Shown here in pieces: positions 43,801 through 58,800 of a stretch of 64,000 nucleotides of DNA. The translations under genes were made by a program, and so were the position numbers. Numbering within the stretch: position 1 is the first letter of the stretch; every line of letters starts with the position of its first letter. The notes under the pieces are model-generated. The model worked only from the letters and a program-made list of their open reading frames with translations. It was not told the DNA's origin and did no database searches. This DNA is from Rebecca billardiae RCC1528 (lineage: Eukaryota > Protista > Haptophyta), in NCBI GenBank assembly GCA_965240325.2, contig OZ251228.1:868001-932000 (forward strand), given 5' to 3'.

Positions 43801-46800
43801 GCGGCAGCCATTCCGTCGCCGCGCGGCGGCCATTCCGTCACCTCGCGGCGGCCATTCCGTCACCGGCCTGCAGCCACTGCTCGGCGCGCATCTCGGAGCG
43901 CGCGGCGAGGACGCCGGCGGAGACACAGCCACGCTCGGCAAAGTCGAACACCGATGCCGCGAGCGGCTGCGCCGCCGTGCGCGCGTCTCCGCCCACACGT
44001 TGCGCCCAACAGCTCGTCCCAGCAGCGGCAGCCATTCCGTCGCCGCGCGGCGGCCATTCCGTCACCTCGCGGCGGCCATTCCGTCACCGGCCTGCAGCCA
44101 CTGCTCGGCGCGCATCTCGGAGCGCGCGGCGAGGACGCCGGCGGAGACACAGCCACGCTCGGCAAAATCGAGCGCCGATGTCGCGAGCGGCTGCGCCGCC
44201 GTGCGCGCGTCTCCGCCCGCACGTTGCGCCCAGCAAGCTCGTCCCAGCAGCAGCAGCCATTCCGCCGCCGCGCGGCGGCCATTCCGTCACCTCGCGGCGG
44301 CCATTCCGTCACCGGCCTGCAGCCAACGCTCGGCGCGCATCTCGGAGCGCGCGGCGAGGACGCCGGCGAAGACACAGCCACGCTTGGCAAAGTCGAGCCC
44401 CGATGCGGCCAGCGGCTGCGCCGCCGTGCGCGCAACTCCGCCCGCACGTTGCGCCCAGCAAGCTCGTCCCAGCAGCGGCAGCCATTCCGTCGCCGCGCGG
44501 CGGCCATTCCGTCACCTCGCGGCGGCCATTCCGTCACCGGCCTGCAGCCACAGCTCGGCGCGCATCTCGGAGCGCGCGGCGAGGACGCCGGCGGAGACAC
44601 AGCCACGCTCGGCAGCGTCGAGCGTCGATGCCGCCAGCGGCTGCGCCGCCGTGCGCGCGTCTCCGCCCGCACGTTGCGCCCAGCAAGCTCGTCCCAGCAG
44701 CGGCAGCCATTCCGTCGCCGCGCGGCGGCCATTCCGTCACCTCGCGGCGGCCATTCCGTCACCGGCCTGCAGCCACAGCTCGGCGCGCATCTCGGAGCGC
44801 GCGGCGAGGACGCCGGCGGAGACACAGCCACGCTCGGCAGCGTCGAGCGTCGATGCCACCAGCGGCTGCGCCGCCGTGCGCGCGTCTCCGCCCGCACGTT
44901 GCGCCCAGCAGCTCGTCCCAGCAGCGGCAGCCATTCCGTCACCTCGCGGCGGCCATTCCGTCACCGGCCTGCAGCCACTGCTCGGCGCGCATCTCGGAGC
45001 GCGTGGCGAGGACGCCGGCGGAGACACAGCCACGCTCGGCAGCGTCGAGCACCGATGCCGCGAGCCGCTGCGCCGCCGTGCGCGCGTCTCCGCCTGCACG
45101 CCGCGCCCAACAGCTCGGCCCAGCAGTGGCAGCCATTCTGTCGCCGCGCGGCGGCCATTCCGTCACCTCGCGGCGGCCATTCCGTCACCGGCCTGCAGCC
45201 ACCGCTCGGCGCGCATCTCGGAGCGCGCGGCGAGGACGCCGGCGGAGATACAGCCACGCTCGGCAGCGTCGAGCGCCGCGTCGCGAGCGGCTGCGCCGCC
45301 GTGCGCGCGTCTCCGCCCACACGCCGCGCCCAACAGCTCGTCCCAGCAGCGGCAGCCATTCCGTCGCCGCGCGGCGGCCATTCCGTCACCTCGCGGCGGC
45401 CATTCCGTCACCGGCCTGCAGGCACCGCTCGGCGCGCATCTCGAAGCGCGCGGCGAGGACGCCGGCGGAGACACAGCCACGCTTGGCAGCGTCGAGCGCC
45501 GATGCCGCGAGCGGCTGCGCCGCCGTGCGCGCGTCTCCGCCTGCACGCCGCGCCCAACAGCTCGTCCCAGCAGCGGCAGCCATTCCGTCGCCGCGCGGCG
45601 GCCATTCCGTCACCTCGCGGCGGCCATTCCGTCACCGGCCTGCAGCCACCGCTCGGCGCGCATCTCGGAGCGCGCGGCGAGGACGCCGGCGGAGACACAG
45701 CCACGCTCGGCAAAGTCGAACACCGATGCCGCGAGCGGCTGCGCCGCCGTGCGCGCGTCTCCGCCCACACGTTGCGCCCAACAGCTCGTCCCAGCAGCGG
45801 CAGCCATTCCGTCGCCGCGCGGCGGCCATTCCGTCACCTCGCGGCGGCCATTCCGTCACCGGCCTGCAGCCACTGCTCGGCGCGCATCTCGGAGCGCGCG
45901 GCGAGGACGCCGGCGGAGACACAGCCACGCTCGGCAAAGTCGAACACCGATGCCGCGAGCGGCTGCGCCGCCGTGCGCGCGTCTCCGCCCACACGTTGCG
46001 CCCAACAGCTCGTCCCAGCAGCGGCAGCCATTCCGTCGCCGCGCGGCGGCCATTCCGTCACCTCGCGGCGGCCATTCCGTCACCGGCCTGCAGCCACTGC
46101 TCGGCGCGCATCTCGGAGCGCGCGGCGAGGACGCCGGCGGAGACACAGCCACGCTCGGCAAAATCGAGCGCCGATGTCGCGAGCGGCTGCGCCGCCGTGC
46201 GCGCGTCTCCGCCCGCACGTTGCGCCCAGCAAGCTCGTCCCAGCAGCAGCAGCCATTCCGCCGCCGCGCGGCGGCCATTCCGTCACCTCGCGGCGGCCAT
46301 TCCGTCACCGGCCTGCAGCCAACGCTCGGCGCGCATCTCGGAGCGCGCGGCGAGGACGCCGGCGAAGACACAGCCACGCTTGGCAAAGTCGAGCCCCGAT
46401 GCGGCCAGCGGCTGCGCCGCCGTGCGCGCAACTCCGCCCGCACGTTGCGCCCAGCAAGCTCGTCCCAGCAGCGGCAGCCATTCCGTCGCCGCGCGGCGGC
46501 CATTCCGTCACCTCGCGGCGGCCATTCCGTCACCGGCCTGCAGCCACAGCTCGGCGCGCATCTCGGAGCGCGCGGCGAGGACGCCGGCGGAGACACAGCC
46601 ACGCTCGGCAGCGTCGAGCGTCGATGCCGCCAGCGGCTGCGCCGCCGTGCGCGCGTCTCCGCCCGCACGTTGCGCCCAGCAAGCTCGTCCCAGCAGCGGC
46701 AGCCATTCCGTCGCCGCGCGGCGGCCATTCCGTCACCTCGCGGCGGCCATTCCGTCACCGGCCTGCAGCCACAGCTCGGCGCGCATCTCGGAGCGCGCGG

Positions 46801-49800
46801 CGAGGACGCCGGCGGAGACACAGCCACGCTCGGCAGCGTCGAGCGTCGATGCCACCAGCGGCTGCGCCGCCGTGCGCGCGTCTCCGCCCGCACGTTGCGC
46901 CCAGCAAGCTCGTCCCAGCAGCGGCAGCCATTCCGTCGCCGCGCGGCGGCCATTCCGTCACCTCGCGGCGGCCATTCCGTCACCGGCCTGCAGCCACAGC
47001 TCGGCGCGCATCTCGGAGCGCGTGGCGAGGACGCCGGCGGAGACACAGCCACGCTCGGCAAAATCGAGCGCCGATGTCGCGAGCGGCTGCGCCGCCGTGC
47101 GCGCGTCTCCGCCCGCACGTTGCGCCCAGCAAGCTCGTCCCAGCAGCAGCAGCCATTCCGCCGCCGCGCGGCGGCCATTCCGTCACCTCGCGGCGGCCAT
47201 TCCGTCACCGGCCTGCAGCCAACGCTCGGCGCGCATCTCGGAGCGCGCGGCGAGGACGCCGGCGAAGACACAGCCACGCTTGGCAAAGTCGAGCCCCGAT
47301 GCGGCCAGCGGCTGCGCCGCCGTGCGCGCAACTCCGCCCGCACGTTGCGCCCAGCAAGCTCGTCCCAGCAGCGGCAGCCATTCCGTCGCCGCGCGGCGGC
47401 CATTCCGTCACCTCGCGGCGGCCATTCCGTCACCGGCCTGCAGCCACCGCTCGGCGCGCATCTCGGAGCGCGCGGCGAGGACGCCGGCGGAGACACAGCC
47501 ACGCTCAGCGTCGAGCGCCGACGCCCCGAGCCGCTGCGCCGCCGTGCGCGCGTCTCCGCCTGCACGCCGCGCCCAACAGCTCGTCCCAGCAGCGGCAGCC
47601 ATTCCGTCGCCGCGCGGCGGCCATTCCGTCACCTCGCGGCGGCCATTCCGTCACCGGCCTGCAGCCACAGCTCGGCGCGCATCTCGGAGCGCGCGGCGAG
47701 GACGCCGGCGGAGACACAGCCACGCTCGGCAGCGTCGAGCGTCGATGCCGCCAGCGGCTGCGCCGCCGTGCGCGCGTCTCCGCCCGCACGTTGCGCCCAG
47801 CAAGCTCGTCCCAGCAGCGGCAGCCATTCCGTCGCCGCGCGGCGGCCATTCCGTCACCTCGCGGCGGCCATTCCGTCACCGGCCTGCAGCCACCGCTCGG
47901 CGCGCATCTCGGAGCGCGCGGCGAGGACGCCGGCGGAGACACAGCCACGCTCGGCAGCGCCGAGCGTCGGTGCCGCGCAAACCAGCGCCGGCGTGCGCGG
48001 GTCTCCGCCTGCACGCCGCGCCCAACAGCTTGTCCCAGCAGCGGCAGCCATTCCGTCGCCGCGCGGCGGCCATTCCGTCACCTCGCGGCGGCCATTCCGT
48101 CACCGGCCTGCAGCCACCGCTCGGCGCGCATCTCGGAGCGCGCGGCGAGGACGCCGGCGGAGACACAGCCACGCTCGGCAGCGTCGAGCGCCGATGCCGC
48201 GAGCGGCTGCGCCGCCGTGCGCGCGTCTCCGCCCGCACGTTGCGCCCAGCAGCTCGTCCCAGCAGCGGCAGCCATTCCGTCACCTCGCGGCGGCCATTCC
48301 GTCACCGGCCTGCAGCCACTGCTCGGCGCGCATCTCGGAGCGCGTGGCGAGGACGCCGGCGGAGACACAGCCACGCTCGGCAGCGTCGAGCACCGATGCC
48401 GCGAGCCGCTGCGCCACCGTGCGCGCGTCTCCGCCTGCACGCCGCGCCCAACAGCTCGGCCCAGCAGTGGCAGCCATTCTGTCGCCGCGCGGCGGCCATT
48501 CCGTCACCTCGCGGCGGCCATTCCGTCACCGGCCTGCAGCCACCGCTCGGCGCGCATCTCGGAGCGCGCGGCGAGGACGCCGGCGGAGATACAGCCACGC
48601 TCGGCAGCGTCGAGCGCCGCGTCGCGAGCGGCTGCGCCGCCGTGCGCGCGTCTCCGCCCACACGCCGCGCCCAACAGCTCGTCCCAGCAGCGGCAGCCAT
48701 TCCGTCGCCGCGCGGCGGCCATTCCGTCACCTCGCGGCGGCCATTCCGTCACCGGCCTGCAGGCACCGCTCGGCGCGCATCTCGAAGCGCGCGGCGAGGA
48801 CGCCGGCGGAGACACAGCCACGCTTGGCAGCGTCGAGCGCCGATGCCGCGAGCGGCTGCGCCGCCGTGCGCGCGTCTCCGCCTGCACGCCGCGCCCAACA
48901 GCTCGTCCCAGCAGCGGCAGCCATTCCGTCGCCGCGCGGCGGCCATTCCGTCACCTCGCGGCGGCCATTCCGTCACCGGCCTGCAGCCACCGCTCGGCGC
49001 GCATCTCGGAGCGCGCGGCGAGGACGCCGGCGGAGACACAGCCACGCTCGGCAAAGTCGAACACCGATGCCGCGAGCGGCTGCGCCGCCGTGCGCGCGTC
49101 TCCGCCCACACGTTGCGCCCAACAGCTCGTCCCAGCAGCGGCAGCCATTCCGTCGCCGCGCGGCGGCCATTCCGTCACCTCGCGGCGGCCATTCCGTCAC
49201 CGGCCTGCAGCCACTGCTCGGCGCGCATCTCGGAGCGCGCGGCGAGGACGCCGGCGGAGACACAGCCACGCTCGGCAAAGTCGAACACCGATGCCGCGAG
49301 CGGCTGCGCCGCCGTGCGCGCGTCTCCGCCTGCACGCCGCGCCCAACAGCTCGGCCCAGCAGTGGCAGCCATTCTGTCGCCGCGCGGCGGCCATTCCGTC
49401 ACCTCGCGGCGGCCATTCCGTCACCGGCCTGCAGCCACCGCTCGGCGCGCATCTCGGAGCGCGCGGCGAGGACGCCGGCGGAGATACAGCCACGCTCGGC
49501 AGCGTCGAGCGCCGCGTCGCGAGCGGCTGCGCCGCCGTGCGCGCGTCTCCGCCCACACGCCGCGCCCAACAGCTCGTCCCAGCAGCGGCAGCCATTCCGT
49601 CGCCGCGCGGCGGCCATTCCGTCACCTCGCGGCGGCCATTCCGTCACCGGCCTGCAGGCACCGCTCGGCGCGCATCTCGAAGCGCGCGGCGAGGACGCCG
49701 GCGGAGACACAGCCACGCTTGGCAGCGTCGAGCGCCGATGCCGCGAGCGGCTGCGCCGCCGTGCGCGCGTCTCCGCCTGCACGCCGCGCCCAACAGCTCG

Positions 49801-52800
49801 TCCCAGCAGCGGCAGCCATTCCGTCGCCGCGCGGCGGCCATTCCGTCACCTCGCGGCGGCCATTCCGTCACCGGCCTGCAGCCAACGCTCGGCGCGCATC
49901 TCGGAGCGCGCGGCGAGGACGCCGGCGGAGACACAGCCACGCTTGGCAAAGTCGAACACCGATGCCGCGAGCGGCTGCGCCGCCGTGCGCGCGTCTCCGC
50001 CCACACGTTGCGCCCAACAGCTCGTCCCAGCAGCGGCAGCCATTCCGTCGCCGCGCGGCGGCCATTCCGTCACCTCGCGGCGGCCATTCCGTCACCGGCC
50101 TGCAGCCACTGCTCGGCGCGCATCTCGGAGCGCGCGGCGAGGACGCCGGCGGAGACACAGCCACGCTCGGCAAAGTCGAACACCGATGCCGCGAGCGGCT
50201 GCGCCGCCGTGCGCGCGTCTCCGCCCACACGTTGCGCCCAACAGCTCGTCCCAGCAGCGGCAGCCATTCCGTCGCCGCGCGGCGGCCATTCCGTCACCTC
50301 GCGGCGGCCATTCCGTCACCGGCCTGCAGCCACTGCTCGGCGCGCATCTCGGAGCGCGCGGCGAGGACGCCGGCGGAGACACAGCCACGCTCGGCAAAAT
50401 CGAGCGCCGATGTCGCGAGCGGCTGCGCCGCCGTGCGCGCGTCTCCGCCCGCACGTTGCGCCCAGCAAGCTCGTCCCAGCAGCAGCAGCCATTCCGCCGC
50501 CGCGCGGCGGCCATTCCGTCACCTCGCGGCGGCCATTCCGTCACCGGCCTGCAGCCAACGCTCGGCGCGCATCTCGGAGCGCGCGGCGAGGACGCCGGCG
50601 AAGACACAGCCACGCTTGGCAAAGTCGAGCCCCGATGCGGCCAGCGGCTGCGCCGCCGTGCGCGCAACTCCGCCCGCACGTTGCGCCCAGCAAGCTCGTC
50701 CCAGCAGCGGCAGCCATTCCGTCGCCGCGCGGCGGCCATTCCGTCACCTCGCGGCGGCCATTCCGTCACCGGCCTGCAGCCACCGCTCGGCGCGCATCTC
50801 GGAGCGCGCGGCGAGGACGCCGGCGGAGACACAGCCACGCTCGGCAAAGTCGAACACCGATGCCGCGAGCGGCTGCGCCGCCGTGCGCGCGTCTCCGCCC
50901 ACACGTTGCGCCCAACAGCTCGTCCCAGCAGCGGCAGCCATTCCGTCGCCGCGCGGCGGCCATTCCGTCACCTCGCGGCGGCCATTCCGTCACCGGCCTG
51001 CAGCCACTGCTCGGCGCGCATCTCGGAGCGCGCGGCGAGGACGCCGGCGGAGACACAGCCACGCTCGGCAAAGTCGAGCGCCGATGCCGCGAGTGGCTGC
51101 GCCGCCGTGCGCGCAACTCCGCCCGCACGTTGCGCCCAGCAAGCTCGTCCCAGCAGCGGCAGCCATTCCGTCGCCGCGCGGCGGCCATTCCGTCACCTCG
51201 CGGCGGCCATTCCGTCACCGGCCTGCAGCCACCGCTCGGCGCGCATCTCGGAGAGCGCGGCGAGGACGCCGGCGGAGACACAGCCACGCTCGGCAAAGTC
51301 GAGCGCCGATGTCGCGAGCGGCTGCGCCGCCGTGCGCGCGTCTCCGCCCGCACGTTGCGCCCAGCAAGCTCGTCCCAGCAGCGGCAGCCACTCCGCCGCC
51401 GCGCGGCGGCCATTCCGTCACCTCGCGGCGGCCATTCCGTCACCGGCCTGCAGCCAACGCTCGGCGCGCATCTCGGAGCGCGCGGCGAGGACGCCGGCGA
51501 AGACACAGCCACGCTTGGCAAAGTCGAGCCCCGATGCGGCCAGCGGCTGCGCCGCCGTGCGCGCAACTCCGCCCGCACGTTGCGCCCAGCAAGCTCGTCC
51601 CAGCAGCGGCAGCCATTCCGTCGCCGCGCGGCGGCCATTCCGTCACCTCGCGGCGGCCATTCCGTCACCGGCCTGCAGCCACTGCTCGGCGCGCATCTCG
51701 GAGCGCGCGGCGAGGACGCCGGCGGAGACACAGCCACGCTCGGCAGCGTCGAGCACCGATGTCGCGAGCGGCTGCGCCGCCGTGCGCGCGTCTCCGCCCG
51801 CACGTTGCGCCCAGCAAGCTCGTCCCAGCAGCGGCAGCCATTCCGTCGCCGCGCGGCGGCCATTCCGTCACCTCGCGGCGGCCATTCCGTCACCGGCCTG
51901 CAGCCACCGCTCGGCGCGCATCTCGGAGCGCGCGGCGAGGACGCCGGCGGAGACACAGCCACGCTTGGCAGCGTCGAGCGCCGATGCCGCCAGCGGCTGC
52001 GCCGCCGTGCGCGCGTCTCCGCCCGCACGTTGCGCCCAGCAAGCTCGTCCCAGCAGCGGCAGCCATTCCGTCGCCGCGCGGCGGCCATTCCGTCACCTCG
52101 CGGCGGCCATTCCGTCACCGGCCTGCAGCCACCGCTCGGCGCGCATCTCGGAGCGCGCGGCGAGGACGCCGGCGGAGACACAACCACGCTTGGCAGCGTC
52201 GAGCGCCGATGCCGCGAGCGGCTGCGCCGCCGTGCGCGCGTCTCCGCCTGCACGCTGCGCCCAACAGCTCGTCCCAGCAGCGGCAGCCATTCCGTCACCT
52301 CGCGGCGGCCATTCCGTCACCTCGCGGCGGCCATTCCGTCACCGGCCTGCAGCCACCGCTCGGCGCGCATCTCGGAGCGCGCGGCGAGGACGCCGGCGGA
52401 GACACAGCCACGCTCGGCAGCGTCGAGCGCCGATGCCGCGAGCGGCTGCGCCGCCGTGCGCGCGTCTCCGCCCGCACGTTGCGCCCAGCAGCTCGTCCCA
52501 GCAGCGGCAGCCATTCCGTCACCTCGCGGCGGCCATTCCGTCACCGGCCTGCAGCCACTGCTCGGCGCGCATCTCGGAGCGCGTGGCGAGGACGCCGGCG
52601 GAGACACAGCCACGCTCGGCAGCGTCGAGCACCGATGCCGCGAGCCGCTGCGCCACCGTGCGCGCGTCTCCGCCTGCACGCCGCGCCCAACAGCTCGGCC
52701 CAGCAGTGGCAGCCATTCTGTCGCCGCGCGGCGGCCATTCCGTCACCTCGCGGCGGCCATTCCGTCACCGGCCTGCAGCCACCGCTCGGCGCGCATCTCG

Positions 52801-55800
52801 GAGCGCGCGGCGAGGACGCCGGCGGAGATACAGCCACGCTCGGCAGCGTCGAGCGCCGCGTCGCGAGCGGCTGCGCCGCCGTGCGCGCGTCTCCGCCCAC
52901 ACGCCGCGCCCAACAGCTCGTCCCAGCAGCGGCAGCCATTCCGTCGCCGCGCGGCGGCCATTCCGTCACCTCGCGGCGGCCATTCCGTCACCGGCCTGCA
53001 GGCACCGCTCGGCGCGCATCTCGAAGCGCGCGGCGAGGACGCCGGCGGAGACACAGCCACGCTTGGCAGCGTCGAGCGCCGATGCCGCGAGCGGCTGCGC
53101 CGCCGTGCGCGCGTCTCCGCCTGCACGCCGCGCCCAACAGCTCGTCCCAGCAGCGGCAGCCATTCCGTCGCCGCGCGGCGGCCATTCCGTCACCTCGCGG
53201 CGGCCATTCCGTCACCGGCCTGCAGCCACCGCTCGGCGCGCATCTCGGAGCGCGCGGCGAGGACGCCGGCGGAGACACAGCCACGCTCGGCAAAGTCGAA
53301 CACCGATGCCGCGAGCGGCTGCGCCGCCGTGCGCGCGTCTCCGCCCACACGTTGCGCCCAACAGCTCGTCCCAGCAGCGGCAGCCATTCCGTCGCCGCGC
53401 GGCGGCCATTCCGTCACCTCGCGGCGGCCATTCCGTCACCGGCCTGCAGCCACTGCTCGGCGCGCATCTCGGAGCGCGCGGCGAGGACGCCGGCGGAGAC
53501 ACAGCCACGCTCGGCAAAGTCGAACACCGATGCCGCGAGCGGCTGCGCCGCCGTGCGCGCGTCTCCGCCTGCACGCCGCGCCCAACAGCTCGGCCCAGCA
53601 GTGGCAGCCATTCTGTCGCCGCGCGGCGGCCATTCCGTCACCTCGCGGCGGCCATTCCGTCACCGGCCTGCAGCCACCGCTCGGCGCGCATCTCGGAGCG
53701 CGCGGCGAGGACGCCGGCGGAGATACAGCCACGCTCGGCAGCGTCGAGCGCCGCGTCGCGAGCGGCTGCGCCGCCGTGCGCGCGTCTCCGCCCACACGCC
53801 GCGCCCAACAGCTCGTCCCAGCAGCGGCAGCCATTCCGTCGCCGCGCGGCGGCCATTCCGTCACCTCGCGGCGGCCATTCCGTCACCGGCCTGCAGGCAC
53901 CGCTCGGCGCGCATCTCGAAGCGCGCGGCGAGGACGCCGGCGGAGACACAGCCACGCTTGGCAGCGTCGAGCGCCGATGCCGCGAGCGGCTGCGCCGCCG
54001 TGCGCGCGTCTCCGCCTGCACGCCGCGCCCAACAGCTCGTCCCAGCAGCGGCAGCCATTCCGTCGCCGCGCGGCGGCCATTCCGTCACCTCGCGGCGGCC
54101 ATTCCGTCACCGGCCTGCAGCCACCGCTCGGCGCGCATCTCGGAGCGCGCGGCGAGGACGCCGGCGGAGACACAGCCACGCTTGGCAAAGTCGAACACCG
54201 ATGCCGCGAGCGGCTGCGCCGCCGTGCGCGCGTCTCCGCCCACACGTTGCGCCCAACAGCTCGTCCCAGCAGCGGCAGCCATTCCGTCGCCGCGCGGCGG
54301 CCATTCCGTCACCTCGCGGCGGCCATTCCGTCACCGGCCTGCAGCCACTGCTCGGCGCGCATCTCGGAGCGCGCGGCGAGGACGCCGGCGGAGACACAGC
54401 CACGCTCGGCAAAGTCGAACACCGATGCCGCGAGCGGCTGCGCCGCCGTGCGCGCGTCTCCGCCCACACGTTGCGCCCAACAGCTCGTCCCAGCAGCGGC
54501 AGCCATTCCGTCGCCGCGCGGCGGCCATTCCGTCACCTCGCGGCGGCCATTCCGTCACCGGCCTGCAGCCACTGCTCGGCGCGCATCTCGGAGCGCGCGG
54601 CGAGGACGCCGGCGGAGACACAGCCACGCTCGGCAAAATCGAGCGCCGATGTCGCGAGCGGCTGCGCCGCCGTGCGCGCGTCTCCGCCCGCACGTTGCGC
54701 CCAGCAAGCTCGTCCCAGCAGCAGCAGCCATTCCGCCGCCGCGCGGCGGCCATTCCGTCACCTCGCGGCGGCCATTCCGTCACCGGCCTGCAGCCAACGC
54801 TCGGCGCGCATCTCGGAGCGCGCGGCGAGGACGCCGGCGAAGACACAGCCACGCTTGGCAAAGTCGAGCCCCGATGCGGCCAGCGGCTGCGCCGCCGTGC
54901 GCGCAACTCCGCCCGCACGTTGCGCCCAGCAAGCTCGTCCCAGCAGCGGCAGCCATTCCGTCGCCGCGCGGCGGCCATTCCGTCACCTCGCGGCGGCCAT
55001 TCCGTCACCGGCCTGCAGCCACCGCTCGGCGCGCATCTCGGAGCGCGCGGCGAGGACGCCGGCGGAGACACAGCCACGCTCGGCAAAGTCGAACACCGAT
55101 GCCGCGAGCGGCTGCGCCGCCGTGCGCGCGTCTCCGCCCACACGTTGCGCCCAACAGCTCGTCCCAGCAGCGGCAGCCATTCCGTCGCCGCGCGGCGGCC
55201 ATTCCGTCACCTCGCGGCGGCCATTCCGTCACCGGCCTGCAGCCACTGCTCGGCGCGCATCTCGGAGCGCGCGGCGAGGACGCCGGCGGAGACACAGCCA
55301 CGCTCGGCAAAGTCGAGCGCCGATGCCGCGAGTGGCTGCGCCGCCGTGCGCGCAACTCCGCCCGCACGTTGCGCCCAGCAAGCTCGTCCCAGCAGCGGCA
55401 GCCATTCCGTCGCCGCGCGGCGGCCATTCCGTCACCTCGCGGCGGCCATTCCGTCACCGGCCTGCAGCCACCGCTCGGCGCGCATCTCGGAGAGCGCGGC
55501 GAGGACGCCGGCGGAGACACAGCCACGCTCGGCAAAGTCGAGCGCCGATGTCGCGAGCGGCTGCGCCGCCGTGCGCGCGTCTCCGCCCGCACGTTGCGCC
55601 CAGCAAGCTCGTCCCAGCAGCGGCAGCCACTCCGCCGCCGCGCGGCGGCCATTCCGTCACCTCGCGGCGGCCATTCCGTCACCGGCCTGCAGCCAACGCT
55701 CGGCGCGCATCTCGGAGCGCGCGGCGAGGACGCCGGCGAAGACACAGCCACGCTTGGCAAAGTCGAGCCCCGATGCGGCCAGCGGCTGCGCCGCCGTGCG

Positions 55801-58800
55801 CGCAACTCCGCCCGCACGTTGCGCCCAGCAAGCTCGTCCCAGCAGCGGCAGCCATTCCGTCGCCGCGCGGCGGCCATTCCGTCACCTCGCGGCGGCCATT
55901 CCGTCACCGGCCTGCAGCCACTGCTCGGCGCGCATCTCGGAGCGCGCGGCGAGGACGCCGGCGGAGACACAGCCACGCTTGGCAGCGTCGAGCACCGATG
56001 TCGCGAGCGGCTGCGCCGCCGTGCGCGCGTCTCCGCCCGCACGTTGCGCCCAGCAAGCTCGTCCCAGCAGCGGCAGCCATTCCGTCGCCGCGCGGCGGCC
56101 ATTCCGTCACCTCGCGGCGGCCATTCCGTCACCGGCCTGCAGCCACCGCTCGGCGCGCATCTCGGAGCGCGCGGCGAGGACGCCGGCGGAGACACAGCCA
56201 CGCTTGGCAGCGTCGAGCGCCGATGCCGCCAGCGGCTGCGCCGCCGTGCGCGCGTCTCCGCCCGCACGTTGCGCCCAGCAAGCTCGTCCCAGCAGCGGCA
56301 GCCATTCCGTCGCCGCGCGGCGGCCATTCCGTCACCTCGCGGCGGCCATTCCGTCACCGGCCTGCAGCCACCGCTCGGCGCGCATCTCGGAGCGCGCGGC
56401 GAGGACGCCGGCGGAGACACAACCACGCTTGGCAGCGTCGAGCGCCGATGCCGCGAGCGGCTGCGCCGCCGTGCGCGCGTCTCCGCCTGCACGCTGCGCC
56501 CAACAGCTCGTCCCAGCAGCGGCAGCCATTCCGTCACCTCGCGGCGGCCATTCCGTCACCTCGCGGCGGCCATTCCGTCACCGGCCTGCAGCCACCGCTC
56601 GGCGCGCATCTCGGAGCGCGCGGCGAGGACGCCGGCGGAGACACAGCCACGCTTGGCAAAGTCGAGCGCCGATGCCGCGAGCGGCTGCGCCGCCGTGCGC
56701 GCGTCTCCGCCTGCACGCCGCGCCCAACAGCTCGTCCCAGCAGCGGCAGCCATTCCGTCGCCGCGCGGCGGCCATTCCGTCACCTCGCGGCGGCCATTCC
56801 GTCACCGGCCTGCAGCCACCGCTCGGCGCGCATCTCGGAGCGCGCGGCGAGGACGCCGGCGGAGACACAGCCACGCTCGGCAAAGTCGAACACCGATGCC
56901 GCGAGCGGCTGCGCCGCCGTGCGCGCGTCTCCGCCCACACGTTGCGCCCAACAGCTCGTCCCAGCAGCGGCAGCCATTCCGTCGCCGCGCGGCGGCCATT
57001 CCGTCACCTCGCGGCGGCCATTCCGTCACCGGCCTGCAGCCACTGCTCGGCGCGCATCTCGGAGCGCGCGGCGAGGACGCCGGCGGAGACACAGCCACGC
57101 TCGGCAAAGTCGAACACCGATGCCGCGAGCGGCTGCGCCGCCGTGCGCGCGTCTCCGCCCACACGTTGCGCCCAACAGCTCGTCCCAGCAGCGGCAGCCA
57201 TTCCGTCGCCGCGCGGCGGCCATTCCGTCACCTCGCGGCGGCCATTCCGTCACCGGCCTGCAGCCACTGCTCGGCGCGCATCTCGGAGCGCGCGGCGAGG
57301 ACGCCGGCGGAGACACAGCCACGCTCGGCAAAATCGAGCGCCGATGTCGCGAGCGGCTGCGCCGCCGTGCGCGCGTCTCCGCCCGCACGTTGCGCCCAGC
57401 AAGCTCGTCCCAGCAGCAGCAGCCATTCCGCCGCCGCGCGGCGGCCATTCCGTCACCTCGCGGCGGCCATTCCGTCACCGGCCTGCAGCCAACGCTCGGC
57501 GCGCATCTCGGAGCGCGCGGCGAGGACGCCGGCGAAGACACAGCCACGCTTGGCAAAGTCGAGCCCCGATGCGGCCAGCGGCTGCGCCGCCGTGCGCGCA
57601 ACTCCGCCCGCACGTTGCGCCCAGCAAGCTCGTCCCAGCAGCGGCAGCCATTCCGTCGCCGCGCGGCGGCCATTCCGTCACCTCGCGGCGGCCATTCCGT
57701 CACCGGCCTGCAGCCACCGCTCGGCGCGCATCTCGGAGCGCGCGGCGAGGACGCCGGCGGAGACACAGCCACGCTCGGCAAAGTCGAGCACCGATGCCGC
57801 GAGCGGCTGCGCCGCCGTGCGCGCGTCTCCGCCCACACGTTGCGCCCAACAGCTCGTCCCAGCAGCGGCAGCCATTCCGTCGCCGCGCGGCGGCCATTCC
57901 GTCACCTCGCGGCGGCCATTCCGTCACCGGCCTGCAGCCACTGCTCGGCGCGCATCTCGGAGCGCGCGGCGAGGACGCCGGCGGAGACACAGCCACGCTC
58001 GGCAAAGTCGAGCGCCGATGCCGCGAGTGGCTGCGCCGCCGTGCGCGCAACTCCGCCCGCACGTTGCGCCCAGCAAGCTCGTCCCAGCAGCGGCAGCCAT
58101 TCCGTCGCCGCGCGGCGGCCATTCCGTCACCTCGCGGCGGCCATTCCGTCACCGGCCTGCAGCCACCGCTCGGCGCGCATCTCGGAGCGCGCGGCGAGGA
58201 CGCCGGCGGAGACACAGCCACGCTCGGCAAAGTCGAGCGCCGATGTCGCGAGCGGCTGCGCCGCCGTGCGCGCGTCTCCGCCCGCACGTTGCGCCCAGCA
58301 AGCTCGTCCCAGCAGCGGCAGCCACTCCGCCGCCGCGCGGCGGCCATTCCGTCACCTCGCGGCGGCCATTCCGTCACCGGCCTGCAGCCAACGCTCGGCG
58401 CGCATCTCGGAGCGCGCGGCGAGGACGCCGGCGAAGACACAGCCACGCTTGGCAAAGTCGAGCCCCGATGCGGCCAGCGGCTGCGCCGCCGTGCGCGCAA
58501 CTCCGCCCGCACGTTGCGCCCAGCAAGCTCGTCCCAGCAGCGGCAGCCATTCCGTCGCCGCGCGGCGGCCATTCCGTCACCTCGCGGCGGCCATTCCGTC
58601 ACCGGCCTGCAGCCACCGCTCGGCGCGCATCTCGGAGCGCGCGGCGAGGACGCCGGCGGAGACACAGCCACGCTCGGCAGCGTCGAGCACCGATGTCGCG
58701 AGCGGCTGCGCCGCCGTGCGCGCGTCTCCGCCCGCACGTTGCGCCCAGCAAGCTCGTCCCAGCAGCGGCAGCCATTCCGTCGCCGCGCGGCGGCCATTCC